A DNA stretch of 64,000 nucleotides from Clostridia bacterium (GTDB lineage: Bacteria > Bacillota > Clostridia > Oscillospirales > CAG-272). Below, one piece after another: positions 48,178 to 57,923 of the stretch; the first letter of the stretch is position 1, and each line of letters starts with the position of its first letter. The position numbers and the translations under genes are program-made. A model generated the notes under the pieces. That model was not told the DNA's origin, searched no databases, and worked only from the letters and a program-made list of their open reading frames with translations. The stretch is taken from the NCBI GenBank assembly GCA_017502915.1, contig JAFVUB010000003.1, positions 118,506 through 182,505 on the forward strand, read 5' to 3'.

Positions 48178-49575
48178 ATGAACAATCAGGAAAAGACAAT
48201 GGAAAAGATCGTTGCTCTCTGTAAGGGTCGCGGCATAATTTACGCCGGCTCCGAGATCTACGGCGGTCTTGCCAACTCGTGGGACTACGGTCCTCTCGGC
48301 GTTGAGCTGAAAAACAATATCAAGCGCGCTTGGTGGAAGAAGTTCGTTCAGGAGAACAAGTACAACGTCGGTCTTGACAGCGCGATACTTATGAACCCTC
48401 AGGCTTGGGTCGCATCAGGTCACGTCGGAGGCTTTTCCGACCCGCTGATCGACTGCAAAGGCTGCAAGATGCGTCATCGAGCAGACAAGCTCATTGAGGA
48501 TTTCAATGCAGAGAACGGTATCGAGGTATCGGTCGAGAGCATGTCCAACGAGGAGATGCTCAACTACATCAAGGAAAAAGGAATTACCTGCCCCGGCTGC
48601 GGCAAGGCAGACTTCACCGACATCAGAAAGTTCAATCTGATGTTCAAGACCTTCCAGGGCGTTACCGAGGACAACACCTCCGAGCTCTATCTCCGCCCCG
48701 AGACCGCACAGGGTATATTCGTAAACTTCAAGAACATAGCAAGAAGCAGCCGCAAGAAGATCCCCTTCGGTGTTGGACAGATCGGTAAGTCCTTCCGTAA
48801 TGAGATCACCCCCGGAAACTTCATCTTCCGCACCCGTGAGTTCGAGCAGATGGAGCTTGAGTTCTTCTGCAAGCCGGGAACCGATCTTGAATGGTTTGAG
48901 TACTGGCGCGCATACTGCCGTCAGTGGCTGCTTGACCTCGGTATGACCGAGTCCAACCTCAGACTGCGCGACCACAGCCCCGAGGAGCTTTGCTTCTATT
49001 CGAAGGCAACCACCGACTTCGAGTTCCTCTTCCCGTTTGGCTGGGGCGAGCTTTGGGGCGTTGCCGACAGAACCGACTACGACCTCACTCAGCATCAGAC
49101 CCACAGCGGTCAGCCCATGGATTACTTCGATCCCGAGACCAACGAAAAGTACATTCCTTACGTTATCGAGCCGTCGCTGGGAGCCGACCGTGTTCTGCTT
49201 GCCTTCCTGGTCGATGCCTACGACGAGGAGATCGTTGACGAGGCAAAGAACGACGTTCGCACCGTCCTTCGTCTCCACCCTGCCCTCGCTCCCTTCAAGG
49301 CAGCCGTTCTTCCCCTCTCGAAGAAGCTCTCCGAGCAGGCAGGAAAGATCCACGAGGAGCTTTCGAAGTACTTTATGGTCGATTTCGACGACGCCGGAAG
49401 CATCGGTAAGCGTTACCGCCGCGAGGACGAGATCGGAACTCCCTTCTGCATAACATACGACTTCGAGTCGGAGAACGACGGCTGCGTTACCGTTCGTGAC
49501 CGCGATACTATGGAGCAGATCAGACTTCCTATCGCAGAGCTCAAGGCTTATATCGAAAGCAAGCTTCAGTTCTGA
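48178..49575 (+). CDS. glyQS: Glycine--tRNA ligase (dimeric type)
   Basis: [36 protein letters not shown]. Confidence 0.97.
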   Translation: MNNQEKTMEKIVALCKGRGIIYAGSEIYGGLANSWDYGPLGVELKNNIKRAWWKKFVQENKYNVGLDSAILMNPQAWVASGHVGGFSDPLIDCKGCKMRHRADKLIEDFNAENGIEVSVESMSNEEMLNYIKEKGITCPGCGKADFTDIRKFNLMFKTFQGVTEDNTSELYLRPETAQGIFVNFKNIARSSRKKIPFGVGQIGKSFRNEITPGNFIFRTREFEQMELEFFCKPGTDLEWFEYWRAYCRQWLLDLGMTESNLRLRDHSPEELCFYSKATTDFEFLFPFGWGELWGVADRTDYDLTQHQTHSGQPMDYFDPETNEKYIPYVIEPSLGADRVLLAFLVDAYDEEIVDEAKNDVRTVLRLHPALAPFKAAVLPLSKKLSEQAGKIHEELSKYFMVDFDDAGSIGKRYRREDEIGTPFCITYDFESENDGCVTVRDRDTMEQIRLPIAELKAYIESKLQF

Positions 49576-49669
49576 TCGGTTTATCCACGCACCCCAAATC
49601 ATCTGACTTTGGGGTGCATAAACGTATAAATGCATCAAATCATCATTCAAAGAGCACAGGAACACGATC

Positions 49670-50797
49670 ATGATAAAAAAATTCGCAAACGATCATAAAG
49701 AAATGACGGTGCAGATCGTAAGGGATCTTTGCAAGATCCCTGCCCCCTCCTTCGGCGAGAGAAAAAGAGCTGAGTTTTGCAAGGCTTGGCTGGAAAACGT
49801 TGGTGCTAAGGACGTATATATCGACGAGATCAACAACGTCATCTTCCCTATCGGCTGTGACGGAAGCAACGAGATCACCGTTGTTGCCGCGCATACCGAC
49901 ACAGTCTTCCCCGACACAACACCCTATCCCGAATACCGCGAGGACGACGAGAATATCTACTGCCCCAGCGCAGAGGATGACTCCTCCGGAGTTGCCGTTC
50001 TGCTTATGACGGCAAAATATTTTATCGACAACGCGATCGTCCCTGAAAAGGGAGTTATGTTTGTTTGCAACGTCTGCGAGGAGGGACTTGGAAACCTTGC
50101 CGGCACTCGTCAGCTGATGAAGGACTATTCCGGCAGGATCAAGAGATTCATCACGCTTGACGAATGTATCGGTTATATCGTTACCGACGCCGTCGGATCT
50201 CACCGTTATGAGGTCGAGGTCAAAACAGAGGGAGGACATTCCTTCTCAAAGTTTGGGAATCAAAACGCGATCCACGCTCTTTCAAAGATCGTAAACAGGA
50301 TATACGAGATAGTTCCCTTGCAGAAGGAAGGCTCCAAAAGCACCTACAACGTCGGCACTATTGAGGGCGGAACGAGCGTAAACACCATCGCGCAGAGCGC
50401 GAAGATGCTTTGCGAATACCGCTCGAACGACCGAGAGTGTCTTGAAAGCCTCAGGCAGGAATTTGAAAGGATTTTCGAGGAAGCCAAGAGCGACAAGGTG
50501 GAGGTCATTGTCAACAAGATAGGCGACCGCCCCTGCAAGGGCATCGTCGATCCGTCTCTTGAAAAGGAAATGATCGACGCTTACGCCGCCGCCGTAAAAG
50601 AATTCACCTCAAAGGAGACGTACTCTGACCTCGCTTCTACCGACGCAAACGTGCCGATGTCTCTTAACATACCCGCCGCTTGCATGGGTGTATTTATCGG
50701 TGAGGGCGCGCACACGCGCGAGGAATTCACAAACAAAGCCGCTCTTACGGACGGTGTTAAAATATCCATAAGAACGATAACAGAGCTTTTGAAATAA
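49670..50797 (+). CDS. M20/M25/M40 metallohydrolase
   Basis: AHTD, EDD, CEEG, GGHS, STDAN, GAH. Confidence 0.88.
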   Translation: MIKKFANDHKEMTVQIVRDLCKIPAPSFGERKRAEFCKAWLENVGAKDVYIDEINNVIFPIGCDGSNEITVVAAHTDTVFPDTTPYPEYREDDENIYCPSAEDDSSGVAVLLMTAKYFIDNAIVPEKGVMFVCNVCEEGLGNLAGTRQLMKDYSGRIKRFITLDECIGYIVTDAVGSHRYEVEVKTEGGHSFSKFGNQNAIHALSKIVNRIYEIVPLQKEGSKSTYNVGTIEGGTSVNTIAQSAKMLCEYRSNDRECLESLRQEFERIFEEAKSDKVEVIVNKIGDRPCKGIVDPSLEKEMIDAYAAAVKEFTSKETYSDLASTDANVPMSLNIPAACMGVFIGEGAHTREEFTNKAALTDGVKISIRTITELLK

Positions 50798-50812
50798 AAA
50801 AAGGAGCTACCG

Positions 50813-52108
50813 ATGAAATTTACCGCAGCAGGAGACGTTCTCATTCAACAGCAGATCCCCTTTGAGCCGAAGGATTTTCAAAAAATAAAGGAGTTCATTG
50901 AAAAGGGCGACGGAAGATTTTTCAATCTTGAAACCACTCTCAACTACGAGGGAGAGTGCTGTTCAAATCAGACCTCGGGTGGAACCTACGTTCGCACCAA
51001 CCCGGAAAGCCTTTACGATTTTCTCAAGTACGGCTTTAACGTGACCACCTTCAACAACAACCATATAATGGACTTTTCATACGACGGTCTTCTGAAGACC
51101 ATCGAATATGCAAACAAAGCCGGCATCAAGCATTGCGGCGTTGGCAGGAATCTCGGTGAAGCCTCGGCGCCCTGCTATCTCGATACGCCGAACGGAAGAG
51201 TCGCATACATATCCTTCTGTGTTACTACTTATATTGCCAATATGGCAGGCGAGCAAACGCGGCGGGTCAAGGGTCGCCCGGGAATGAATATTCTTCGCCG
51301 AAGTGAAAAGCTGATCGTTCCCGAGGAGGATTTTAACGCTGTCGTACGAATTGCAAAGAAATCGGGAGTAAACGCCCAGAACGACACCATTCGCAAAGAG
51401 GGTTATCTTCCCCCTTTGAAGGAAGGAACGTGTGAGCTTGGCGAAATGGCGTTGTTTGAAAAGGGTGATTGCTATAAATACGTTCTCACTCCTAATAAAG
51501 ACGACCTTGCAAGAGCCGAAAGGGAGATCCACGAGGCAAAGCTCGGAGCGGACTACGTTATCGTGTCCCTGCACTGCCACGATCAGATATCCGAAGATAA
51601 ATCCGACGTTCCCGAGTTCCTCGAGGAGGTCAGCCGCTTCTTCATCGATAAGGGTGCTAACGCCGTTATAGGTCACGGTCCTCACCTTCTCCGTGCGATC
51701 GAGGTATATAAGGACAGCCCGATTTTCTACAGTCTCGGCGACTTCGTGCTGCAGCTTTACAGCATTGAGTTTGCTCCCTACGAGTTCTATAACAAAAACG
51801 GTCTTACACCCTACGACACGGTTCACGATATTCTCAAAAAGCGCACCGCAAACTTCACACGTGGCCTCATGGAGGATAAGGCTATGCGAGAGACGGTCAT
51901 CCCCTACTGGGAAACAGACGAACAGGGCAAGCTGACTCACCTTGAGCTGCTCCCGATAACCATTATGAAGGAGGGCGTGAACAAATCCCAGCAGGGACTT
52001 CCCGCGCTTTCCGAGGACACCTCGTTTATCGATCATCTCGCAAAGATAAGCCTTCCCTACGGAACGACCATCACGATGAAGGACGGCGTTGCTGTTTGCA
52101 AATGGTGA
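50813..52108 (+). CDS. CapA/PgsA-family metallophosphoesterase (no signal peptide)
   Basis: AAGD, NLET, NNHIMD, LHCH, GHGPH, YSLGDF. Confidence 0.88.
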   Translation: MKFTAAGDVLIQQQIPFEPKDFQKIKEFIEKGDGRFFNLETTLNYEGECCSNQTSGGTYVRTNPESLYDFLKYGFNVTTFNNNHIMDFSYDGLLKTIEYANKAGIKHCGVGRNLGEASAPCYLDTPNGRVAYISFCVTTYIANMAGEQTRRVKGRPGMNILRRSEKLIVPEEDFNAVVRIAKKSGVNAQNDTIRKEGYLPPLKEGTCELGEMALFEKGDCYKYVLTPNKDDLARAEREIHEAKLGADYVIVSLHCHDQISEDKSDVPEFLEEVSRFFIDKGANAVIGHGPHLLRAIEVYKDSPIFYSLGDFVLQLYSIEFAPYEFYNKNGLTPYDTVHDILKKRTANFTRGLMEDKAMRETVIPYWETDEQGKLTHLELLPITIMKEGVNKSQQGLPALSEDTSFIDHLAKISLPYGTTITMKDGVAVCKW

Positions 52109-52123
52109 TAAAAGGAACTTGAT

Positions 52124-53074
52124 ATGAACTTTTTGGCATATTTTTGCGCGGTGATGAAGTGCGTCGTTTACGGATCAACCATCTTCTTCACCACTCAACT
52201 GACCGAGAGCGTTGATGTTCTCGACCTGCTTGCCCTGCGATTTCTTCTCAGCTTTGCCATAATGTGGCTCTTGAAGATAACGCGGGTCTGGAAGATACAG
52301 GTAGGCGTAAAGGACCTTTTCAAGAAGAGCGAAAAGTCTCCGTTTATAAAGAACCTTGTGCTCACCGCAATGTTTGAGCCCGTTCTTTATATGTTGCTCG
52401 AAACGCTCGGCGTTTCTATGACGACAAACGTAACGGCTGCGGTCATCTGCTCTCTTGCTCCGATCTCGAGCTGCATCATAGAAGAAGTGTTTTTAAAGGA
52501 AAAGTCTTCCTTCCTGCAAAAAATATTCCTCGGCTGCGGCATCTTCGGCGTCGTCTATATTGCGCTCAACACTAACACGACCGACGGCAGGGATACTCTG
52601 GCGGGAATACTTTTCCTTCTCGGCTCGGTTGTTGCCGGCTCCTTCTTCTGCGCCTTTTCGAGAAGATCGTCGTCTCACTTCTCTTCGATCGAGATAACGT
52701 ATTTTTCCTGTATGCTCGGTGCGATCGCCTTTAATGCCGTTAACGTTGTGAGACATCTTTTCAGAGGTGATATACTGCATTACTTCGACCCCTATTTCAA
52801 CCCCGACAACCTTTTGGGATTCTTCTTCTTGAGCGTGGTTTCGTCGATCCTCGCGGTCATGATGAACAATTTCGCGCTTGCAAGGATACAGATCTCGACT
52901 ATGGCGGCTTTCGGCGGACTTTCAACCATTGTTACCATAGTTATCGGCATGATGTTCGGAAGCGAGACGCTTCAGCTCTACCACTTCATAGGACTTCCCT
53001 TTATCTTCCTGCGAATGGTTGGTGTCAGCGCCATTTCTATAATCAACGAGAAAAAGAAAGAAGGTCAACCGTAA
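52124..53074 (+). CDS. DMT/EamA family transporter
   Basis: About 10 TM, LALRF, two repeats. Confidence 0.85.
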   Translation: MNFLAYFCAVMKCVVYGSTIFFTTQLTESVDVLDLLALRFLLSFAIMWLLKITRVWKIQVGVKDLFKKSEKSPFIKNLVLTAMFEPVLYMLLETLGVSMTTNVTAAVICSLAPISSCIIEEVFLKEKSSFLQKIFLGCGIFGVVYIALNTNTTDGRDTLAGILFLLGSVVAGSFFCAFSRRSSSHFSSIEITYFSCMLGAIAFNAVNVVRHLFRGDILHYFDPYFNPDNLLGFFFLSVVSSILAVMMNNFALARIQISTMAAFGGLSTIVTIVIGMMFGSETLQLYHFIGLPFIFLRMVGVSAISIINEKKKEGQP

Positions 53075-53091
53075 AGGTTGACCTTCTTTCT

Positions 53092-53688
53092 TTAATATTC
53101 TCTTTGGCAGGCGATGACACGACCGAGAAGCGTCACCTCTTTGAGTATTATCGGTTCAAAATCAGAGTTTTCGGGCTGAAGACGAAAGTGTCCCCTCTCG
53201 CGGTAGAAGGTCTTAACGGTTGCAGCTTCGTTTACGAGCGCCACAACGATATCTCCGTTTTCGGCGTAATCGGTGCGAAGCACTATAACCGTATCTCCGT
53301 GAAGGATGCCTACATCCTTCATACTGTAGCCCCTGACCTTGAGGGCAAAAAGCTCTTCGTTTGCATATTTTTTAGGAATAACAAAGTCGACGTATCCGTC
53401 AAAATTCTGCTCGGCGCTGATCGGCGCGCCGGCACTGATACTGCCCAGTATCGGCACGCGATGAGGGCGGTGCTCAACGTCGTCCGCGCGAAGCGTTCGG
53501 CTCTTTCCCTGCTCCTTGGTTATGTACCCTGCCTCCTCAAGCCGTTTGAGATATATGTGCACACTTGAGGTGCTTTTTATATCGAGAGCCTTCTGTATGT
53601 CACGGACGCTTGGCGAATACCCCCTGCTCTCCAGCTCGCGGCAGATATACTCGTAAACCCTCTTTTCTTTGACTGAAAGCTCGTTCAT
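53092..53688 (-). CDS. lexA: SOS repressor LexA
   Basis: PSVRDI, ISAG cleavage site, GYSM, ATVK. Confidence 0.96.
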   Translation of the reverse strand: MNELSVKEKRVYEYICRELESRGYSPSVRDIQKALDIKSTSSVHIYLKRLEEAGYITKEQGKSRTLRADDVEHRPHRVPILGSISAGAPISAEQNFDGYVDFVIPKKYANEELFALKVRGYSMKDVGILHGDTVIVLRTDYAENGDIVVALVNEAATVKTFYRERGHFRLQPENSDFEPIILKEVTLLGRVIACQREY

Positions 53689-53717
53689 AGGCGTCCTCCG
53701 TTTATTTTATCGCATAC

Positions 53718-53756
53718 ATTATACCACACATTTTTCGAAAAAGCAAACAAATGTTC
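53718..53756 (-). promoter_or_regulatory. lexA promoter with SOS box
   Basis: GAACATTTGTTT (53756-53745) overlapping TTGCTT-17 bp-TATAAT. Confidence 0.8.
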
Positions 53757-53810
53757 CGGTACTAAAAATCCACACCGACAAACGCTCGTCGGTGTGGATC
53801 AAATATTATG

Positions 53811-55109
53811 TCAATCCTCTTCGATGAAGATATGCTTTGCGAACTCGATCTCCTCGATATCGGCACCCAGCTCCTTAAAATTGCGAACGATACCCGAATA
53901 CCCTCTCTGTATCGACTCGACCTCGGTTATGGAGGTCTCCCCCTCGGCGGCAAGCCCGGCGATTATCATAGCCGCGCCGGCTCGCAGGTCGACCGCCTTG
54001 ACCGTAGCTCCTGTCAGCGGCTTTCCTCCGTATATCTGTGCCGTTTTACCGTTGACCTTGATCTCTGCCCCCAGCTTTCTCAGCTCGTCGATATATCGGA
54101 ATCGGTTTGTGAAGATGTTTTCGGTGACCTCGCACATTCCCTCAACCGTGCAGAACAGTGCGCTGAACTGAGGATGCATATCGGTCGGAAAGCCGGGATA
54201 CGGTCTTGTGTCAACGTTTATCGGCTTGAGTCGGCGACCCGTCGTGACGGTCACGGCGTCGTCCTCCTCGTCAACTCTGGCGCCCATTGCGCGTAAAAGG
54301 CTCGAGATACAGTCAAGATGCTTGGGAATTATGTTCTCAACCCTGACGCAGCCTCCGGTTGCGGCGACCGCCGCCATATATGTACCCGCTTCGATCATAT
54401 CGGGAATTATCGTATAGCACTCACAGCCGTGAAGCTCCTCAACGCCGTGTATCTTTATCGTCTCGGTTCCCGCGCCGACGATGTTTGCCCCGCAGGTGTT
54501 CAGGAAGTTCGCAACGTCAACGATATGCGGCTCGCGCGCGGCGTGCTCGAGAACGGTCGTTCCCTTGGCGCGAACGGCGGCTATCATGGCGTTTATGGTC
54601 GCTCCGACCGAAACGACGTCGAAATAAACGCTCGTGCCGCAAAGTCCTCCCTCGGGTGCGCGTGCCGTGACGTGAACGTCATCGCTCTCAACCTCAGCGC
54701 CGAGCGCCGCGAAAGCTTTTTCGTGCTGGTCTATCGGGCGAACTCCGAAGTTACAGCCTCCGGGAAGCGCAACGTCGGTATATCCGAATCTCGAAAGCTC
54801 GGCGCCGGCAAGATATATCGAACCGCGTATACGGCGGACCATATCGCTCGGTGAGCTTCCGGGCTTAATGTTTTTAGGGTTTATACGAACCGTGGTCTGA
54901 AAAATGTCGACAAACTCGACCTCCGCGCCCATTTCGCGAATGATCTCAAGCGCCATCAGGACATCGTTAACCGGCGGAATGTTCTCAATGATACATTCCG
55001 CACCGGTTGCTATGCTTGCGAAAACTATCGGGAGTGCCGCATTTTTCATTCCGTTTATGCGAACGGTACCGTTCAGCGGCTGACCTCCGCGGACCACAAT
55101 TTTATCCAT
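53811..55109 (-). CDS. murA: UDP-N-acetylglucosamine 1-carboxyvinyltransferase
   Basis: GMKNAALP, LPGGCNFGVRP, GFPTD, DLRAGAA. Confidence 0.96.
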   Translation of the reverse strand: MDKIVVRGGQPLNGTVRINGMKNAALPIVFASIATGAECIIENIPPVNDVLMALEIIREMGAEVEFVDIFQTTVRINPKNIKPGSSPSDMVRRIRGSIYLAGAELSRFGYTDVALPGGCNFGVRPIDQHEKAFAALGAEVESDDVHVTARAPEGGLCGTSVYFDVVSVGATINAMIAAVRAKGTTVLEHAAREPHIVDVANFLNTCGANIVGAGTETIKIHGVEELHGCECYTIIPDMIEAGTYMAAVAATGGCVRVENIIPKHLDCISSLLRAMGARVDEEDDAVTVTTGRRLKPINVDTRPYPGFPTDMHPQFSALFCTVEGMCEVTENIFTNRFRYIDELRKLGAEIKVNGKTAQIYGGKPLTGATVKAVDLRAGAAMIIAGLAAEGETSITEVESIQRGYSGIVRNFKELGADIEEIEFAKHIFIEED

Positions 55110-55275
55110 AAGCAAATCCTTTGCGCATCGATTTCAAAAAAAGCAACGGTTAACCATTGTTTGGTACTATTATACCATATATTAAGACAAAAATAAACAG
55201 TTTTGTGACATATTTTCAAAAAAGTTTTCTATATTTGTTTCACACTGACTATTGTATGCGCGCCACGTAAAAAAG

Positions 55276-56634
55276 TTAACCTTTTTTGAAGTATGACACG
55301 GCAAGATCGACCACCATTCCGTAGCTCGCAGTTCCGGCAGTGCCCTGCATTTGAAGATAGGTATCGTTAACCGCGCCCGAGATGGTTGCGGCTATATTAT
55401 GGCGGTACTTTTCGAAGAACTCGTCGTACGCCTTCTGCTCGGCGCGCACCTCCGCGTCAAGCGAGAGGCGAACGCCGTTGTATCTCTCCACCGATGCGGC
55501 GCGGTGACGGTAAAATCCCAGCGTCTCGGAAAGCTCGGCGTTTTCTTCAACGGCGTTTTTCAACGCCGCGTCGTTTTCAAGAGCCGAAAGAAAGTCGGTA
55601 TAGCTCTTTATCTCGCCGTTTTCGGCTTCGTAAGCTGCACGGAGCGATACGATCTCGTCGTATTTGTCGACAAGAGACTTGAAGGTTGCAAAATCGTAGC
55701 ACCTATTTGCGTTTACGGCTCGTGCATACGCGTTCGTAACGTATTCAAGCATATTAAGATACCCACTGTACTGAATATAGAGGTCGTCAGACGCCGTACA
55801 GGCAAGAAAGGCAATGAAGTTTGCCTCGTCCTCGCGAGCGATACCGCGCTGATGCGCCAGCTCGTGGGCTGCGGTATACGGTAACGTGTAATCCGGGAAG
55901 GCAACGTTCAGGTTAGCCTCTCCCGTGAAAAAAGAATAGACCCCGGTTATATGGGTATACGACATCAGCTCACTGAGCATGACCGGCTTGACACGGCTAT
56001 ACATTCTCGGCAAAAAATCATACGTCGCGCAGAGCTCGTCGTAGGCATCGAGCAAAAGGTCGTTCATTTCACCAAGCGAATACGGCATCTGAGAGAATTC
56101 GTCATCGGCGTATTTGACTGCCGAGGCGAGTTGATTGACCTGCTCTGTCAGCAGAACGGTAAGCTCATAAAGATCGTCCTCCGAAACGTCTTTTTTATCA
56201 AGACCGAGACGTCGGTCAAGCGTCGTTCCGTGATATCCCGTGCCAAGCGTCCAGACAAAAAGTATAAGAATGACCAGCGCAACGCTCATTATCTTGCCCG
56301 CAAATATCCAAACGCTTTTCCAGGTCGAGCAGTGGTTTCGGTAAGCAACTATCACGGTAACAACAAGCAGTGGGATCAGCGCAATAAGAAAGACCTCTCC
56401 CAGCGAAAAGGGCAAAATATTGGTCGGTATCGCAAGGGCGTAGCGAACGACAGCACCCACCTTTTCACAAATGAAGTCGGCAACGTCTTGGTTCAGCACG
56501 GCAACGGCGTACGCGATCGCCGAGAGTCCAAACAATATATATATTATCCTCCAGCCCCAACCGAAACGCTCTGTCTTTTCCTGGCAGCGCTCGACGGTCT
56601 CTTCGTCGCGTGTGTTTCTTTTTATCAATTTCAT
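55276..56634 (-). CDS. DUF3810 zincin-like membrane protein
   Basis: PFSLGE, GVYSFFTGEAN, AHELAHQRG..REDEANF. Confidence 0.85.
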   Translation of the reverse strand: MKLIKRNTRDEETVERCQEKTERFGWGWRIIYILFGLSAIAYAVAVLNQDVADFICEKVGAVVRYALAIPTNILPFSLGEVFLIALIPLLVVTVIVAYRNHCSTWKSVWIFAGKIMSVALVILILFVWTLGTGYHGTTLDRRLGLDKKDVSEDDLYELTVLLTEQVNQLASAVKYADDEFSQMPYSLGEMNDLLLDAYDELCATYDFLPRMYSRVKPVMLSELMSYTHITGVYSFFTGEANLNVAFPDYTLPYTAAHELAHQRGIAREDEANFIAFLACTASDDLYIQYSGYLNMLEYVTNAYARAVNANRCYDFATFKSLVDKYDEIVSLRAAYEAENGEIKSYTDFLSALENDAALKNAVEENAELSETLGFYRHRAASVERYNGVRLSLDAEVRAEQKAYDEFFEKYRHNIAATISGAVNDTYLQMQGTAGTASYGMVVDLAVSYFKKG

Positions 56635-57554
56635 ATCTTTTCTTTCTTAAAATATTCGTTAACGCAGCCATAGCTCTCCAGCACGGCTGCCATATCGTCC
56701 GGCAACGGAGCCTCAACCGTCACGGTCTCGCCGTCAGACGGACGTCTGAAGGTCAATCGGTAGGCGTGCAGCGCCTGACGGTCTATAACGTCGCTATCCC
56801 GCCCGTAAAGCCCGTCACCGAGTATCGGGTGGCCGAGATTCGCCATATGAACGCGAAGCTGATGTGTTCGTCCCGTTTTGGGAGAGAGCTCAACGAGAGA
56901 GATGCCGTTTCCCGAATATACGGTTCGGTACTCGGTCAGGGCGCTCTGCGCCCCCTCGGCGTCACTGTCGCACACCTCGCGGACGATAATGCTCTCGGCA
57001 CTTCGACGCAGGCTTTTATCAACGATGCCCGCCCCCGTCAGCTCGCCCTCAAGAACGGCAAGATACTCCTTCTCCATTCTTCGATTCAGCATTTCGGTAT
57101 ACATCATCGAGGCGGCTCGGGCGTGCTTTGCCACCATAACGACGCCGCTGGTGTTTCGGTCGAGTCGGTTCACGGGACGAAAAACGAAGGGTCTTTCCTG
57201 CTTCACATAGTAAAATGCCAGCGCGTTTGCAAGCGTATCGTAGTGATGCCCGTGAGACGGATGAGTCGGCATAAAGGGCGGCTTATTGCAAACCACGAGA
57301 TCGTCGTCCTCGTATATTATCGAAAGAGGAAGCTCGACCGGCTCTGCGGATTCTCCCGACTGAGCATCCTCAATAGCGAGCCCAACAACGTCGCCCGCCT
57401 TGAGCTGATAGCGAACGGTGACCGGCGCGCCGTTTACCGTGATGCCTCCTTCGAGCCTCTTGAGGTGCGCCGACTGCTTTGACGATATCTTGAGCTTTTT
57501 CAGATAGCTTCTCAAAAGAAGACCGTTTCCGTCATCTCCGACGATAAATTCCAT
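56631..57554 (-). CDS. RluA-family pseudouridine synthase
   Basis: NRLDRNTSG, TGRTHQLRVH, GDGLYG, QALHA. Confidence 0.93.
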   Translation of the reverse strand: MEFIVGDDGNGLLLRSYLKKLKISSKQSAHLKRLEGGITVNGAPVTVRYQLKAGDVVGLAIEDAQSGESAEPVELPLSIIYEDDDLVVCNKPPFMPTHPSHGHHYDTLANALAFYYVKQERPFVFRPVNRLDRNTSGVVMVAKHARAASMMYTEMLNRRMEKEYLAVLEGELTGAGIVDKSLRRSAESIIVREVCDSDAEGAQSALTEYRTVYSGNGISLVELSPKTGRTHQLRVHMANLGHPILGDGLYGRDSDVIDRQALHAYRLTFRRPSDGETVTVEAPLPDDMAAVLESYGCVNEYFKKEKI

Positions 57555-57580
57555 AACGCACCTCCTATTTTGATAACTAT

Positions 57581-57609
57581 ATTATACCACTGTGCATCGT
57601 TCAATACAA
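57581..57609 (-). promoter_or_regulatory. SigA promoter of the rluA-family gene
   Basis: TTGTAT-17 bp-TATAAT with extended TG. Confidence 0.65.
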
Positions 57610-57664
57610 TGGTTTTTTATTATGGACAATAAAAAAAGCCGTAATTTTTAACGGCTGAAAATTC

Positions 57665-57836
57665 ACAAAAACAAAAAGGGCGGCTCGGGCGACAATGGGG
57701 GGATCGCGCCCGAGCCTGGTTCGTCAATTCCGCCAAATCTTTTCGGCAGCAAACGAACAAACTTTAAAGCATCCGGCATAGAGGGGGGCGCCGGAAGCCA
57801 AGAAGTTTCAAAGGTTATTGGGTTTTGGTGACTTTG
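57665..57836 (-). ncRNA. Candidate small RNA with C-rich loops
   Basis: Own promoter (TTGAAA-17 bp-TAAAAT with extended TG, 57870-57842), three hairpins, two CCCCCC loops, U-tailed terminator. Confidence 0.6.
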
Positions 57837-57923
57837 ACCACATTTTAGCACAACTTACAATTTTTTTCAACCTTTACTGTTGCTGTATTTACATTTTATT
57901 CACCAAAATTTGTCAGTTTGTTG

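Noticed and set aside
50813-52108. Poly-gamma-glutamate capsule locus
   Set aside because: No capB/capC, and CapA lacks a membrane anchor
57663-57851. 62-aa ORF, or 6S/SRP/tmRNA identity, for the intergenic RNA
   Set aside because: The ORF starts inside the promoter without an RBS; the fold and motifs do not match those housekeeping RNAs
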